Assembly: GCA_913009755.1 (NCBI GenBank)
Contig: CAJVWU010000001.1
Coordinates: 60,494 to 124,493, forward strand
From: an uncultured Bacteroidia bacterium
Lineage (GTDB): Bacteria; Bacteroidota; Bacteroidia; Bacteroidales; F082
Reading direction: 5' to 3'
Length of the DNA: 64,000 bases
In this document: positions 37,585 to 47,357 of the stretch, piece after piece
How positions within the stretch are numbered: the stretch's first letter is position 1
Layout: each line of letters opens with the position of its first letter
The notes under the pieces: generated by a model
Databases searched by the model: none
Told to the model about the DNA's origin: nothing
What the model saw: the letters and a program-made list of their open reading frames with translations, nothing else
Program-made: the position numbers and the translations under genes

Positions 37585-39327
37585 ATGCCCTCAAAAAGAA
37601 TCCCATCAGTTATCCGCGGCTTCAGCCGTGGGCCATCTCCTGCAACCCGGGAGTTCGACATCTGCATCATCGGAAGTGGTTCCGGTGCAGGGCCCGTGAT
37701 CTTGGAACTTGCCAAAGCCGGTTACAAAGTCGTAGTCCTGGAAAAAGGCCCCTGGCTGAAAACCAAAGATTTTGACAAGGATGAGATTGTGGCTACCCGC
37801 CGCAGCGTCTATACACCCAACCTGAAAAACGAACCCCAGGTCATTGAAAGCCCGGATGACGGTGACTGGATTGCCCGCTCCACTTACGAAACCGGTAATG
37901 ATTTCTGGAACGGGAACATGATCGGCGGCTCCTCCAACCTGATGAGCGGCTATTTCCACCGGATGAAACCCAACGATTTCAAACTCCGCTCGGTTTACGG
38001 AGCCATCGAAGGGGCCAACGTAGTGGACTGGCCCATATCTTACAAGGATTTGGAACCGTTTTTCACAAAGGTGGAAACCGAAGTGGGCGTTTCGGGACGC
38101 GTGGTCAACCATTCCACCCTTGAGCCCCGTTCCACACCGGACTTTCCCTATCCCCCGCTGGCAGAAAATATTATTTCCAAATGGATTGATTCGGCAACGG
38201 AATCGCTGGGTTACAAAGCTGTTCCCGTTCCCAGGGCCATTCTTTCACGGCCTGCAGATAACCGCAACAGTTGTTATTATTCCAACTTTTGCGGCAGCTA
38301 CGGTTGCTCGTCCGATGCCAAGGGAAGTTCCAGGGTAGCTTTGATCAACAAAGCGCTTCTGACAAAAAACTGCACGATACTCCCCAACACAAAGGTTTAT
38401 TACCTGGAAACCGACAACAACCATAAAGTTATCAGGGCCTGGTATTACGACATGAACGGGGAAAGGCAGTTTGTAGAAGCCGGAATTTTTGTGGTAGCGG
38501 CACAGGCCGTTGAAACTTCAAGATTACTGCTGATGAGTAAAAATCCCGATTTTCCCAACGGACTGGCAAACAATTCGGGACAAGTGGGTAAAAACATCAT
38601 TTTTTCCGGGGGCGGATTGGGCCAGGGCCAGTTTTTTCTGGATGATCTCCCAAATGAGGATGCTGTCCAACTAATGGCACCCGGCGTATTTGTCAACCGG
38701 GCTATTCAAAACTGGTACGAAATTGACGACCCGGATTTCGGGGGCAAAGCCAAAGGCGGCACGGTGGATTTTCTTTTCGAACATGCCAACGGAATCGGCA
38801 GGACCATCCGCCGGAAATGGGACAACAATAATAATTTAAGATATGGCAGGGCACTAAAAAAAGATTTAAAAGACTATTTCACCAAACAGCGAAAATTGAA
38901 ATTCGAGGTTTTTACGGACTGGCTGCCTACTGACAATTGCTTTGTTACGCTGGACAATAAAATAAAAGATAAGTGGGGAGATCCGGTAGCCAAAATCCGG
39001 ACGGGATTCCATCCCCATGATATCAAAGTGGGGGAATACCTGGCTGCAAAAGCGGAAAAAGTACTGGAGAAAATGGGTACTAAAAACATCAGTTCGGGCA
39101 TCAGCGGGGCGCCGCCACCCAACCTGCAGGCCGGAGGATGCCGCTTTGGTGATGATCCGGAAAATTCGGTACTGGACAAAAACTGTAAAGCGCACGAAGT
39201 GGAGAACCTGTATGTAACCGATGGCAGCTTTATGCCCACAGGCGGCAGTGTAACTTACACATGGACCATTTATGCCAATGCTTTCCGGGTAGCCGAAAAG
39301 GTTAAAGAACATGCGGCACAGTTATAA
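37585..39327 (+). CDS. GMC-family FAD-dependent oxidoreductase
   Basis: FAD fold ICIIGSGSGAGPV, C-terminal GGCRFG and NLYVTDGSFMPT. Confidence 0.9.
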   Translation: MPSKRIPSVIRGFSRGPSPATREFDICIIGSGSGAGPVILELAKAGYKVVVLEKGPWLKTKDFDKDEIVATRRSVYTPNLKNEPQVIESPDDGDWIARSTYETGNDFWNGNMIGGSSNLMSGYFHRMKPNDFKLRSVYGAIEGANVVDWPISYKDLEPFFTKVETEVGVSGRVVNHSTLEPRSTPDFPYPPLAENIISKWIDSATESLGYKAVPVPRAILSRPADNRNSCYYSNFCGSYGCSSDAKGSSRVALINKALLTKNCTILPNTKVYYLETDNNHKVIRAWYYDMNGERQFVEAGIFVVAAQAVETSRLLLMSKNPDFPNGLANNSGQVGKNIIFSGGGLGQGQFFLDDLPNEDAVQLMAPGVFVNRAIQNWYEIDDPDFGGKAKGGTVDFLFEHANGIGRTIRRKWDNNNNLRYGRALKKDLKDYFTKQRKLKFEVFTDWLPTDNCFVTLDNKIKDKWGDPVAKIRTGFHPHDIKVGEYLAAKAEKVLEKMGTKNISSGISGAPPPNLQAGGCRFGDDPENSVLDKNCKAHEVENLYVTDGSFMPTGGSVTYTWTIYANAFRVAEKVKEHAAQL

Positions 39328-39457
39328 ATCATCAATGGAGATCAACAAAATATTCTCTCTTGGAAAGATCGGGCAACTTCAAGTGAAAAACAGCTTGCTG
39401 TTTTGAGCGCAGATCAGAGGTGGTTTAAAAAATCTTCTGCTTACGGGGCATTCGGGA

Positions 39458-40138
39458 TTAAACAAAAATCAAACTTCCCCCGTCAAACAAAGGGCCGTCA
39501 TATACTTCGATGATGTTGTGATCATCAAGAAAATCCCTGACTTTTTCTCCTTCCGGGAAACGGTTCAGACTGCCTGTAAAAAATATATTGTCATCGAATA
39601 CCCCACAGGTGCCGCCTATAAAACCGTGATCAAATCCGGGCAGAAGGATACCTTTGGGATCAACATACAAAACTTCGAGGTTATGTTTTTTCAATGCTTT
39701 TTCAATCCCTTTGTCTGAAGTAATAAACCGGTTATTTTTTAACGGGATCAGATTACACCGGGTGTAACCCTGGTTGACATGAACAAACTGTTTGGCAGTA
39801 CATAATCTTTTTAAAACCGGATCGGTATAATTTTCATTGTGGATGATAAAGTCAGGCGTAACCCCTGCATTGAGCCCGGCAGTGGCAGGATAGGTATTGC
39901 CTGTTTTATTTTCAGCAAAAACAAAGCGGATTTGTTCTGTTTTTAATTCATCAATAACCGGAACCGGCAAGTTGGATGATATGATAAGCACATCATCTGC
40001 CTGGCAAAAGAAAATATCGGGATGGCCGGAAATTGCGGAATAGGTAATGTCCTTCGTTTCTATCAGGATAATCTTTTCGTACGGTTTAAGCCGGTACAGA
40101 GCCTCGTCAGGTATTTTTTTGTCGGCAATAATGACCAT
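39458..40138 (-). CDS. Conserved hypothetical protein (226 aa, no TM or signal)
   Basis: Clean ORF. Motifs GYTRCN and FDHGFIGGTCG near the C-terminus. Family not recognised with confidence. Confidence 0.5.
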   Translation of the reverse strand: MVIIADKKIPDEALYRLKPYEKIILIETKDITYSAISGHPDIFFCQADDVLIISSNLPVPVIDELKTEQIRFVFAENKTGNTYPATAGLNAGVTPDFIIHNENYTDPVLKRLCTAKQFVHVNQGYTRCNLIPLKNNRFITSDKGIEKALKKHNLEVLYVDPKGILLPGFDHGFIGGTCGVFDDNIFFTGSLNRFPEGEKVRDFLDDHNIIEVYDGPLFDGGSLIFV

Positions 40139-40285
40139 CGGTAAAATCGTTTCCGGTAAAATTTCAAAGATAAATTTTATTCAGGATTACAGAAAACCCG
40201 TTTATTCCTATTATCTTTGATGCACAAGATGAAAATTTGTCCGTTAACAGGTAACGGGCTATGTTTACACAAAATATTTTTCCCG

Positions 40286-41098
40286 ATGAAACAAAAACCA
40301 AAAGACCTGTTTGTCATACTTTTTATTTATTTGTTGGCACTGGGTGCTGCCGTTCTTGTTTTGCGGTATGCCCCCATTTCAAATATTTTATGGAAAACAG
40401 CCCTTGCAGACGGTGTTGCAACCGTCATCGTTTTTCTTTTCAGTGTAAATTATAACAACTCCAGCGTTTATGACCCGTACTGGAGTGCAGCGCCTGTTTT
40501 CATTGTATTTTACTGGCTGCTGAAATCAGGACATGAGGGTTTTCTGTTCAAGATCATCTGGATACTTATCGTATTCTGGGGCGTGCGGTTAACCTGGAAC
40601 TGGATTTTGCGGTGGGACGGTTTTCAGGATGAAGACTGGCGATATGTGAAAATCAGGAACAAAACAGGAAAATGGTACTGGCCGGTCAGTTTTCTCACCC
40701 TTCATATATTACCGACTGTTATTGTATTTGCCGGGCTGGTTCCGGTTTATTATACCATGACATCCGTTCCGGAGCACCCGGGTTCATGGCTGGCTGTGGT
40801 TGCTTATCTGTTTACAATTGGCGCCATACTACTGGAAAAAACGGCCGACGATCAGTTGAGAAGGCATCTGAAAGCCACCGAAGGAAAAAACATCCGCATT
40901 CAATCAGGTGTTTGGCTGATCTTAAAATATCCGAACTATCTGGGTGAAGTGATGTTCTGGTGGGGATTGTACTTCTTTGCAGTGGCTGTGGACCGGAACC
41001 TGTGGTGGACTTTCTTCGGACCCGCCACCATCACCTTCTTATTTTTGTTTATCAGTATTCCGATGATGAAAAAAAGGGTTGCCAACAAAACATTTTAA
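40286..41098 (+). CDS. DUF1295/steroid-5-alpha-reductase-like membrane protein
   Basis: Multi-TM. GVRLTWNW..DEDWRY and KYPNYLGEVMFWWGLY. ATG 40286 is preferred. Confidence 0.75.
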   Translation: MKQKPKDLFVILFIYLLALGAAVLVLRYAPISNILWKTALADGVATVIVFLFSVNYNNSSVYDPYWSAAPVFIVFYWLLKSGHEGFLFKIIWILIVFWGVRLTWNWILRWDGFQDEDWRYVKIRNKTGKWYWPVSFLTLHILPTVIVFAGLVPVYYTMTSVPEHPGSWLAVVAYLFTIGAILLEKTADDQLRRHLKATEGKNIRIQSGVWLILKYPNYLGEVMFWWGLYFFAVAVDRNLWWTFFGPATITFLFLFISIPMMKKRVANKTF

Positions 41099-41118
41099 TA
41101 AACCTTTTACTGTCCTTT

Positions 41119-42282
41119 ATGAGGAAAACCGGCTTTATACTTTTCTTTGTTATCATCCTGCTGATCTATGCTTCCATTAACTATTACATTATCATCCGGG
41201 GGCTGAATTTGTTTTCTCCCGGTTCTTCAATAAGAACCGCATTATTGATTATCATACTGATGGCAGCCACAGCATTTCCCGCTGGCAGGTTGCTTGAAAG
41301 AACAATGGTAAACCGTTTTACGGCCTCTCTTATCTGGATTGGCACATTCTGGCTTGCTTTTATGGTGTACCTCTTTTTACAGTTTTTGATGCTGGACTTA
41401 TTCAGCGGTGTAAGCCACCTTTTTGGGTTCATCCCGGATTTTATCTCTTCGAACCCGGATAAAACCAAAGAAATAACCGGAATCATTGTGATTTCAATTA
41501 CCATTTGTGTTGTTGTCGCCGGACACATTAATACCTGGTTTCCGGTTGTCAGAAAATATGAACTCATGATCAATAAACCGGGAGGGAAACTTGATAAGCT
41601 GCATGTTGTTGTTTTTTCAGATGTTCACCTCGGTACGACCATCGAAAAACGGCATACCCGAATCATTGTTGACAAAGTAAACGGGCTGGAACCCGATATT
41701 ATCCTCATCCCCGGCGACATCATTGATGAAGACATTGCTCCGGTATTGAAAACCAATGTGGGTGAAGTTTTAAAACAACTTCAATCAAAATACGGTGTCT
41801 ATGCCGTCACCGGTAACCATGAATACATCGGCGGAATAAAAAAAGCAAAAAAATACCTTAAAGAACATAAGATCAGTCTGCTGAACGACAGGGCCGAATT
41901 GATTGACAACAGCTTTTATGTGGTGGGCAGGGAGGATATGACCATAAGCCAGTTTACTAATATGAAGAGGAAAGTGCTGAATGAGATCGTCAAAGACCTG
42001 GATAAAAGCAAACCCATTATCCTGCTCGACCATCAACCCTTCAGGCTGGAACAGGCAGAGGAAAACGGTGTTGACCTGCAACTGTCGGGCCATACCCACC
42101 ACGGACAATTGTGGCCTTTCAATTTTATTACCAGGATAATATTCAAATTGAGTTGGGGATACAAAAGAAAAGGCGGTACCCATTATTATGTTTCCAGCGG
42201 TGTGGGAGGATGGGGGCCGCCCATTCGTACCGTAAACCGTCCGGAGATCGTTTCGATAAATCTTATCTTTAATCAAAAATGA
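41119..42282 (+). CDS. Membrane-anchored metallophosphoesterase (YkuE-like)
   Basis: N-terminal TM helices, then SDVHLG, PGDIID, GNHE, GHTHHGQ. Confidence 0.85.
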   Translation: MRKTGFILFFVIILLIYASINYYIIIRGLNLFSPGSSIRTALLIIILMAATAFPAGRLLERTMVNRFTASLIWIGTFWLAFMVYLFLQFLMLDLFSGVSHLFGFIPDFISSNPDKTKEITGIIVISITICVVVAGHINTWFPVVRKYELMINKPGGKLDKLHVVVFSDVHLGTTIEKRHTRIIVDKVNGLEPDIILIPGDIIDEDIAPVLKTNVGEVLKQLQSKYGVYAVTGNHEYIGGIKKAKKYLKEHKISLLNDRAELIDNSFYVVGREDMTISQFTNMKRKVLNEIVKDLDKSKPIILLDHQPFRLEQAEENGVDLQLSGHTHHGQLWPFNFITRIIFKLSWGYKRKGGTHYYVSSGVGGWGPPIRTVNRPEIVSINLIFNQK

Positions 42283-42632
42283 ACATCATGGAAGAGACAG
42301 AAAAGTTATTCATTTTATGGACAAGTAAGGAGATAGAGACCTTTGATGAAATGGTTTTTATTTATGCCCTCAACAGCAAAAAACAGGGATGGTGGAAAGA
42401 AGTTATTCTGATCATCTGGGGAGCTTCTGCACAGTTGGCAGGCACAGATGAGGTTGTGCAGCTAAAATTAAAGGAACTTTCGGAAAACGGGGTTCATGTT
42501 ACCGCATGCAAAGCCTGTGCCGAAGACCTGGGCGTAGCTTGTGCCCTTGAAAACATTGGTGTGGAGGTAAAATACTGGGGCAACGCATTAACGCAGGTAT
42601 TGAAATCGGGATCAACACTCATCACGGTTTAA
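42279..42632 (+). CDS. DsrE/DsrF-like (sulfur-relay fold) small protein
   Basis: 117 aa. LFILWTS.., VTACKACAEDLG. ATGA overlap with the upstream gene. Confidence 0.55.
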   Translation: MNIMEETEKLFILWTSKEIETFDEMVFIYALNSKKQGWWKEVILIIWGASAQLAGTDEVVQLKLKELSENGVHVTACKACAEDLGVACALENIGVEVKYWGNALTQVLKSGSTLITV

Positions 42633-42974
42633 CGGCTTCTAAAAACCGGTTTTATAAAAAATGACTATCATTGTAAAAGTAAAGGTTAACTTATCATATT
42701 TTAAATTTTTCAGTTAATAATTTTTCTATGATCTCTGATTTTTTTGCCCTGATAAAAGAATTTTTACCCCTGATCATTGTTTCTGTTATATTATGGACTG
42801 CCAACCGGTTATTGCTACGACGAAAAGTCAAATTAAACCCCGAAACCGTCCTGACAAAGCAAAAAAGAAATTAACCGGCGAAATTGAAATGAATGAAAAA
42901 CGGCTGGCCGGAATGGAAGGAAGAATTAAAAAACCGGATGAGGAAAGAAAGGAAGACTAAAGTCAGTAAAAATC

Positions 42975-43499
42975 ATGAAACAGATATCCCCCGATAAATT
43001 CATCCCCCGCATTCACCACCTCTGGAAAGACCAATGGTTTCTCCTCACAAGCGGTGATTTTGAAAAGGGTGATTTCAATACCATGACCGTGGCGTGGGGT
43101 TTTTTCGGTATTATGTGGAGCCGGCCTGTGGCCGCGGTAGTTGTCAGGCCCACCCGTTACACCTTCGGGTTTATGAACCGGTATGATACATTCACGCTCA
43201 CAGCTTTTAATGACAAGTATAAAAAGGACCTCAACCTGCTGGGAACCAAATCGGGCAGGGACGGCGATAAAATTGCCGAAACCCGCTTAACACCTGTACG
43301 TTCAACGGTGGTTGCCGCCCCGGCATTCAAAGAAGCCGAACTCATCGTGGAATGTAAAAAGATGTATTGGGATGATTTCAAACCGGAGCACTTCCTTAAC
43401 CCTTATATCGAAACGAAATATCCCAAAAAAGATTACCACCGGATGTATTTCGGTGAGGTAGTACATATCATCGGGGAGAAGAAGTACCAGACAGATTAG
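42975..43499 (+). CDS. Flavin reductase-like (FMN-binding split-barrel) protein
   Basis: FNTMTVAWGFFGIMWSRPVAAVVVRPTRYT. Confidence 0.7.
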   Translation: MKQISPDKFIPRIHHLWKDQWFLLTSGDFEKGDFNTMTVAWGFFGIMWSRPVAAVVVRPTRYTFGFMNRYDTFTLTAFNDKYKKDLNLLGTKSGRDGDKIAETRLTPVRSTVVAAPAFKEAELIVECKKMYWDDFKPEHFLNPYIETKYPKKDYHRMYFGEVVHIIGEKKYQTD

Positions 43500-43540
43500 A
43501 AGGCTGTTAAGCGTTTGGCTTTAAACGAAAAGGTTTTATC

Positions 43541-43990
43541 CTAATCATAAGCCAACCGTGTTTTTTCATCGGTTAGGGCAGGTTGAATAAATTCTTCCCA
43601 TTCGGGTGAATCCCAGGTTCCCAATTTTGAATGGGTAATCCTGTACTTTTCGGGAATCGGGTGCGTCCCTATAACCACTTTCATCTGGTATTTTTCTTCA
43701 ATAAACTTCTTAAAATGGTCAATGTAGGGACAAGGTGGATAACCCACAACAAAGCCTGTTGCAAGATGAATGACGTCTGCACCGTTCTTTTTCATTTCTT
43801 CGGGGGCATATTCAATGTTGCCTCCGGGGCATCCGCCACAAGTAGTGTAACCAACCAGTTCCACATCCCCATCTTTTTTATACAGTTCAAATGCCCCTTC
43901 CCTGTTTTGCAATGCTCTGAAACATTTGCCACCGGAACAATTCCGGTAGCGGCCGCAAATGATGATCCCGATTTTTGTTTTTTTGCTCAT
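43541..43990 (-). CDS. CGGC-domain protein
   Basis: IGIIICGRYRNCSGGKCF and TTCGGCPGG. ATG 43990 is preferred to 44047. Confidence 0.7.
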   Translation of the reverse strand: MSKKTKIGIIICGRYRNCSGGKCFRALQNREGAFELYKKDGDVELVGYTTCGGCPGGNIEYAPEEMKKNGADVIHLATGFVVGYPPCPYIDHFKKFIEEKYQMKVVIGTHPIPEKYRITHSKLGTWDSPEWEEFIQPALTDEKTRLAYD

Positions 43991-43994
43991 GATT

Positions 43995-44933
43995 TTATTT
44001 ATGTTTAATTTGATAAAACACACCTCTATCCTGCCAAATAGATTCAATTTTACCTTCTGCTACTAACACATCAAGATATTTATTTATCTCATTAATATGC
44101 AATCCGAGTATTTTTACAAGATCGTCAACAGTACATGGCCTTCTGGCAATGGTACCTAAAATTGCTGTTTCGGCATCCTTCCGGTACGATTGAATATTTT
44201 TTCTTTCGGGGGCAGCAGCAATGATCTCTACATTATCCAGGTTCCAATAGTCAACAACTTTTTTCAAATCCCGGTGAGTGGCAGCATGAACATCTTCTAC
44301 TGTTCCCGGACGGTCAAGTGTATTCAGTTGGATACGTTCGGGTTTTATTTTTTCAAATGCTTTTTTTAAAGCATTTAAATCATCAACGTTATCATTGTAT
44401 CCGGAAATAATAAATACTTCAAGCCATATTTGCCCTGAATATTCATTTCGAAAGTCAATGAGCCCCTGAATATAATTTCCCACTGTGAGTTGTGGTGCAG
44501 GACGGTTTATTTTTTGAAACGTGATTTCCGTTGCAGCATCAAGTGACGGCAGGACGACATTTGCATTCTTCAGTTCGTCACGGACTTTTTTATCGTAAAG
44601 CAGTGTTCCGTTGGTTAGAACGGCCACCGGAATATCGGGTTTTCTTTGTTTAATGAATTGCAGAACATCACCTATTCCCGAATTAAGGGTTGGCTCTCCG
44701 GAACCTGAAAAAGTTATGTAATCCGGGTTGGGGTTGTTTGAAAAATAATGTTCCAGTTCATTTGCAACTTTATCATAAAGGATGTATTCCTTTCTTTCTG
44801 TTGTTAATTTTGTTGTACGACCCACTTCGCAATAAACGCAGTTGAGCGAGCATACTTTTTTGGGCACCAGGTCCACTCCGAGAGACATGCCGAGGCGGCG
44901 CGAAGGTACCGGTCCGAAAAGATATTTATACAT
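43995..44933 (-). CDS. Radical SAM protein with C-terminal winged-helix-like domain
   Basis: FGPVPSRRLG..CSLNCVYCEVG (CX3CX2C), GSGEPTL. C-terminal about 60 aa: TIARRPCTVDDLVKILGLHINEINKYLDVLVAEGKI. Confidence 0.85.
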   Translation of the reverse strand: MYKYLFGPVPSRRLGMSLGVDLVPKKVCSLNCVYCEVGRTTKLTTERKEYILYDKVANELEHYFSNNPNPDYITFSGSGEPTLNSGIGDVLQFIKQRKPDIPVAVLTNGTLLYDKKVRDELKNANVVLPSLDAATEITFQKINRPAPQLTVGNYIQGLIDFRNEYSGQIWLEVFIISGYNDNVDDLNALKKAFEKIKPERIQLNTLDRPGTVEDVHAATHRDLKKVVDYWNLDNVEIIAAAPERKNIQSYRKDAETAILGTIARRPCTVDDLVKILGLHINEINKYLDVLVAEGKIESIWQDRGVFYQIKHK

Positions 44934-46263
44934 TACTTTCGTTTTTTAATTCAACTTTTTTTGAGGTGCTCCCCAGCCATACCATACCTATTATTGCTGC
45001 GATTAATGAAGCGGTCATGATGCCCACTTTTGCGATTTGCTTTAATCCGTCATCGTCAAATGCCAGTTCCGAAATAAACATGGACATAGTAAAACCGATA
45101 CCGGCCAGAAAAGCGACCCCGTAAATCTGTTTCCAGGAGACCCCTTCGGGCAGACTGGCCAGCCTGAGCTTTACCATCAGTCTGGAGAAAAGGGAAATCC
45201 CCAGGAATTTACCCAGCACCAACCCGGCAATGATGCCCAAAGAAACGGGATGAAAGATCATATCCAAAATATTGCCTTCAATATGAACGCCGGCATTGCT
45301 CAAAGCAAAAACGGGCAATATGAAAAAGGTTGTTATCGGGTGAAGGGCATGTTCCAGTTTTTGCAGCGGGGTATGGGCTTTGTCGTTCAGTTCTTCAATA
45401 CCAGATAAGAGATGAACCTGCCTTCCGGTTAAAAGTTTGTTGTCATTCGGTTTTTCACTTTCAAATTTATTGATCAGACGATTTAGTTTGTTAACATATT
45501 CATCCTCGTCTATTTTGGTGCGTGCCGGGATAGTCAGGGCCAGCAACACACCGGCAATGGTGGCATGTACGCCCGAAAAAACAAAGGCAATCCACACACC
45601 GAGAAACCCGACAACAGCATAAAAAAGCGTACGCCTGACCCCTGCAAAATTGGCCACAACCAAAACGGCAAGAAAAAAACCGGCGGTCATCAATTCATTA
45701 TAGTCAATGGATTCGGTATAAAAAATAGCGATGACCAAAACCGCCCCGAGATCGTCGGCAATGGCCAGGGCGGTAAGAAATATCTTAAGGTTCAGCGGAA
45801 CCCTTTTACCCAGCATGGCCAAAAGGCCGAGGGCAAAAGCGATATCGGTAGCCATCGGGATGCCCCAACCATGCATCAGTTCCGGGTATTTTGCCACAAC
45901 CACGGCATAAAAAACTGCCGGGACAATCATCCCGCCAAGGGCAGCCATGATAGGCAGGGAAGCTTTTTTCAAAGAGGAAAGTTCACCACCTATGATCTCA
46001 CGTTTTATCTCAAGCCCAATCGTGAAAAAGAACAAGGCCATGAGCCCGTCATTTATCCAGTGGTGCAACGAGCCGATCATTTCAAAATCACCCCAGGCAA
46101 AGCCGGCTTGAAAATCATGCCATATATAGTGGTAGCTTTCGTAAAAGGCTGAGTTGGCCCAAATCAATGCCACGATGGTAGCAAATATCAGTATTATGCC
46201 ACCGATGGTTTGTTCGTTTATGAAACGGGATATGCCGAAAACAGGAACGGGTTTGTCTTTCAT
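44926..46263 (-). CDS. nhaA: Na+/H+ antiporter NhaA
   Basis: LFFFTIGLEIKRE, ATDIAFALG, AIADDLGAV. 445 aa. Confidence 0.9.
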   Translation of the reverse strand: MKDKPVPVFGISRFINEQTIGGIILIFATIVALIWANSAFYESYHYIWHDFQAGFAWGDFEMIGSLHHWINDGLMALFFFTIGLEIKREIIGGELSSLKKASLPIMAALGGMIVPAVFYAVVVAKYPELMHGWGIPMATDIAFALGLLAMLGKRVPLNLKIFLTALAIADDLGAVLVIAIFYTESIDYNELMTAGFFLAVLVVANFAGVRRTLFYAVVGFLGVWIAFVFSGVHATIAGVLLALTIPARTKIDEDEYVNKLNRLINKFESEKPNDNKLLTGRQVHLLSGIEELNDKAHTPLQKLEHALHPITTFFILPVFALSNAGVHIEGNILDMIFHPVSLGIIAGLVLGKFLGISLFSRLMVKLRLASLPEGVSWKQIYGVAFLAGIGFTMSMFISELAFDDDGLKQIAKVGIMTASLIAAIIGMVWLGSTSKKVELKNESNV

Positions 46264-46534
46264 ATTGAGAAATTTGTTGAAATTCGGACGGCTAAGATAA
46301 TGGAAATCTTTTCGATGATATTCATGAAGCCTGTTTTCAAACCGGAAAAATACGATTGATTATCAAGTATATAGTCTGTCTATAAAAATCTTGTTGAATT
46401 TTGCCGGATGATGATGATCAATTTTAGTAAAAATGATGTAACTTTTTGCCGTACAATCAAAACCTACCCCATCCTTGTCTGTGAGGAAGATGGATTTAGA
46501 AAGATGTGACATCTGTTTTTAAACATATATCGCC

Positions 46535-46954
46535 ATGAAAAATATCCTGATTTCGTTTCTCTTATTGTCAATTTTTATTGGATGTGAAAAACCACAGGAC
46601 AAAAAAGTTGACAATGTTAAATTTTCAGAAGCAGTGCCGGGCGGTTGTGCCCTCGGCGACAGTACTCACGTTAAAGATGGAATTATTGAACCGGATACTG
46701 TTTATTTTACGCTTCAGGACGGTAACTTAAATGTTTTCGTTGGATTTAACGCCGAGTGTTGCCTTAAATTCGCCACCGATTCCCATATTGGAAATGATAC
46801 GATTTTCATGTATATCAATTACTTGCCGAGCAGTCTGTGTAATTGCCTATGTTACTATACTTATAACTTTCTGTTTACCGGCATCGTTGATCCTTATTAC
46901 TATGTTGTAAATATTGATGATTGGTTGATCTTTAATGGGCAAATCGCACCTTGA
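46535..46954 (+). CDS. Hypothetical Cys-rich lipoprotein
   Basis: Lipobox LSIFIGC. No recognisable domain. Confidence 0.45.
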   Translation: MKNILISFLLLSIFIGCEKPQDKKVDNVKFSEAVPGGCALGDSTHVKDGIIEPDTVYFTLQDGNLNVFVGFNAECCLKFATDSHIGNDTIFMYINYLPSSLCNCLCYYTYNFLFTGIVDPYYYVVNIDDWLIFNGQIAP

Positions 46955-47357
46955 AAAACAGCCAAGTCCCTTTTCCCCATTTGTGAGGATAGTGATAAGA
47001 AAACTTTTAAAATATGAGTTATCGGAAAGATGTTCATCTAAAATACTGAAAAAATCACATTTAAAAGTACATTTCTGATGAGCAACAATGGTTTGGCAGA
47101 CTCATGTATTGACACAGGTTTTATACAAAACGGGCTTTATGTAGCCCTACATTACCAGTATAAAAATGACCGGAATTACACCCCTTGTTATTCCGAGCCC
47201 GCTTCAGATAAAGTAACAAGAACAATAAATACAACGATTTATGAATACAACACGAAGTAACATCATTGAAATGCATGCTTTAACTTCCTTCACTGTATTT
47301 CTTGCATCTTATTTTGTTTGTGTGTGCCCGTGATGAAAAACAGAATGAGTATGGATT

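Noticed and set aside
40331-40350. TGGCAC-N5-GCTGC, reminiscent of a sigma-54 -24/-12 promoter.
   Set aside because: It lies inside the DUF1295 coding sequence, and the -12 element is not TTGC.
47078-47260. 60-aa ORF in the 400-bp spacer after the Cys-rich lipoprotein gene.
   Set aside because: No signal peptide, motif or obvious promoter or ribosome-binding context. It cannot be distinguished from a chance ORF without conservation data.
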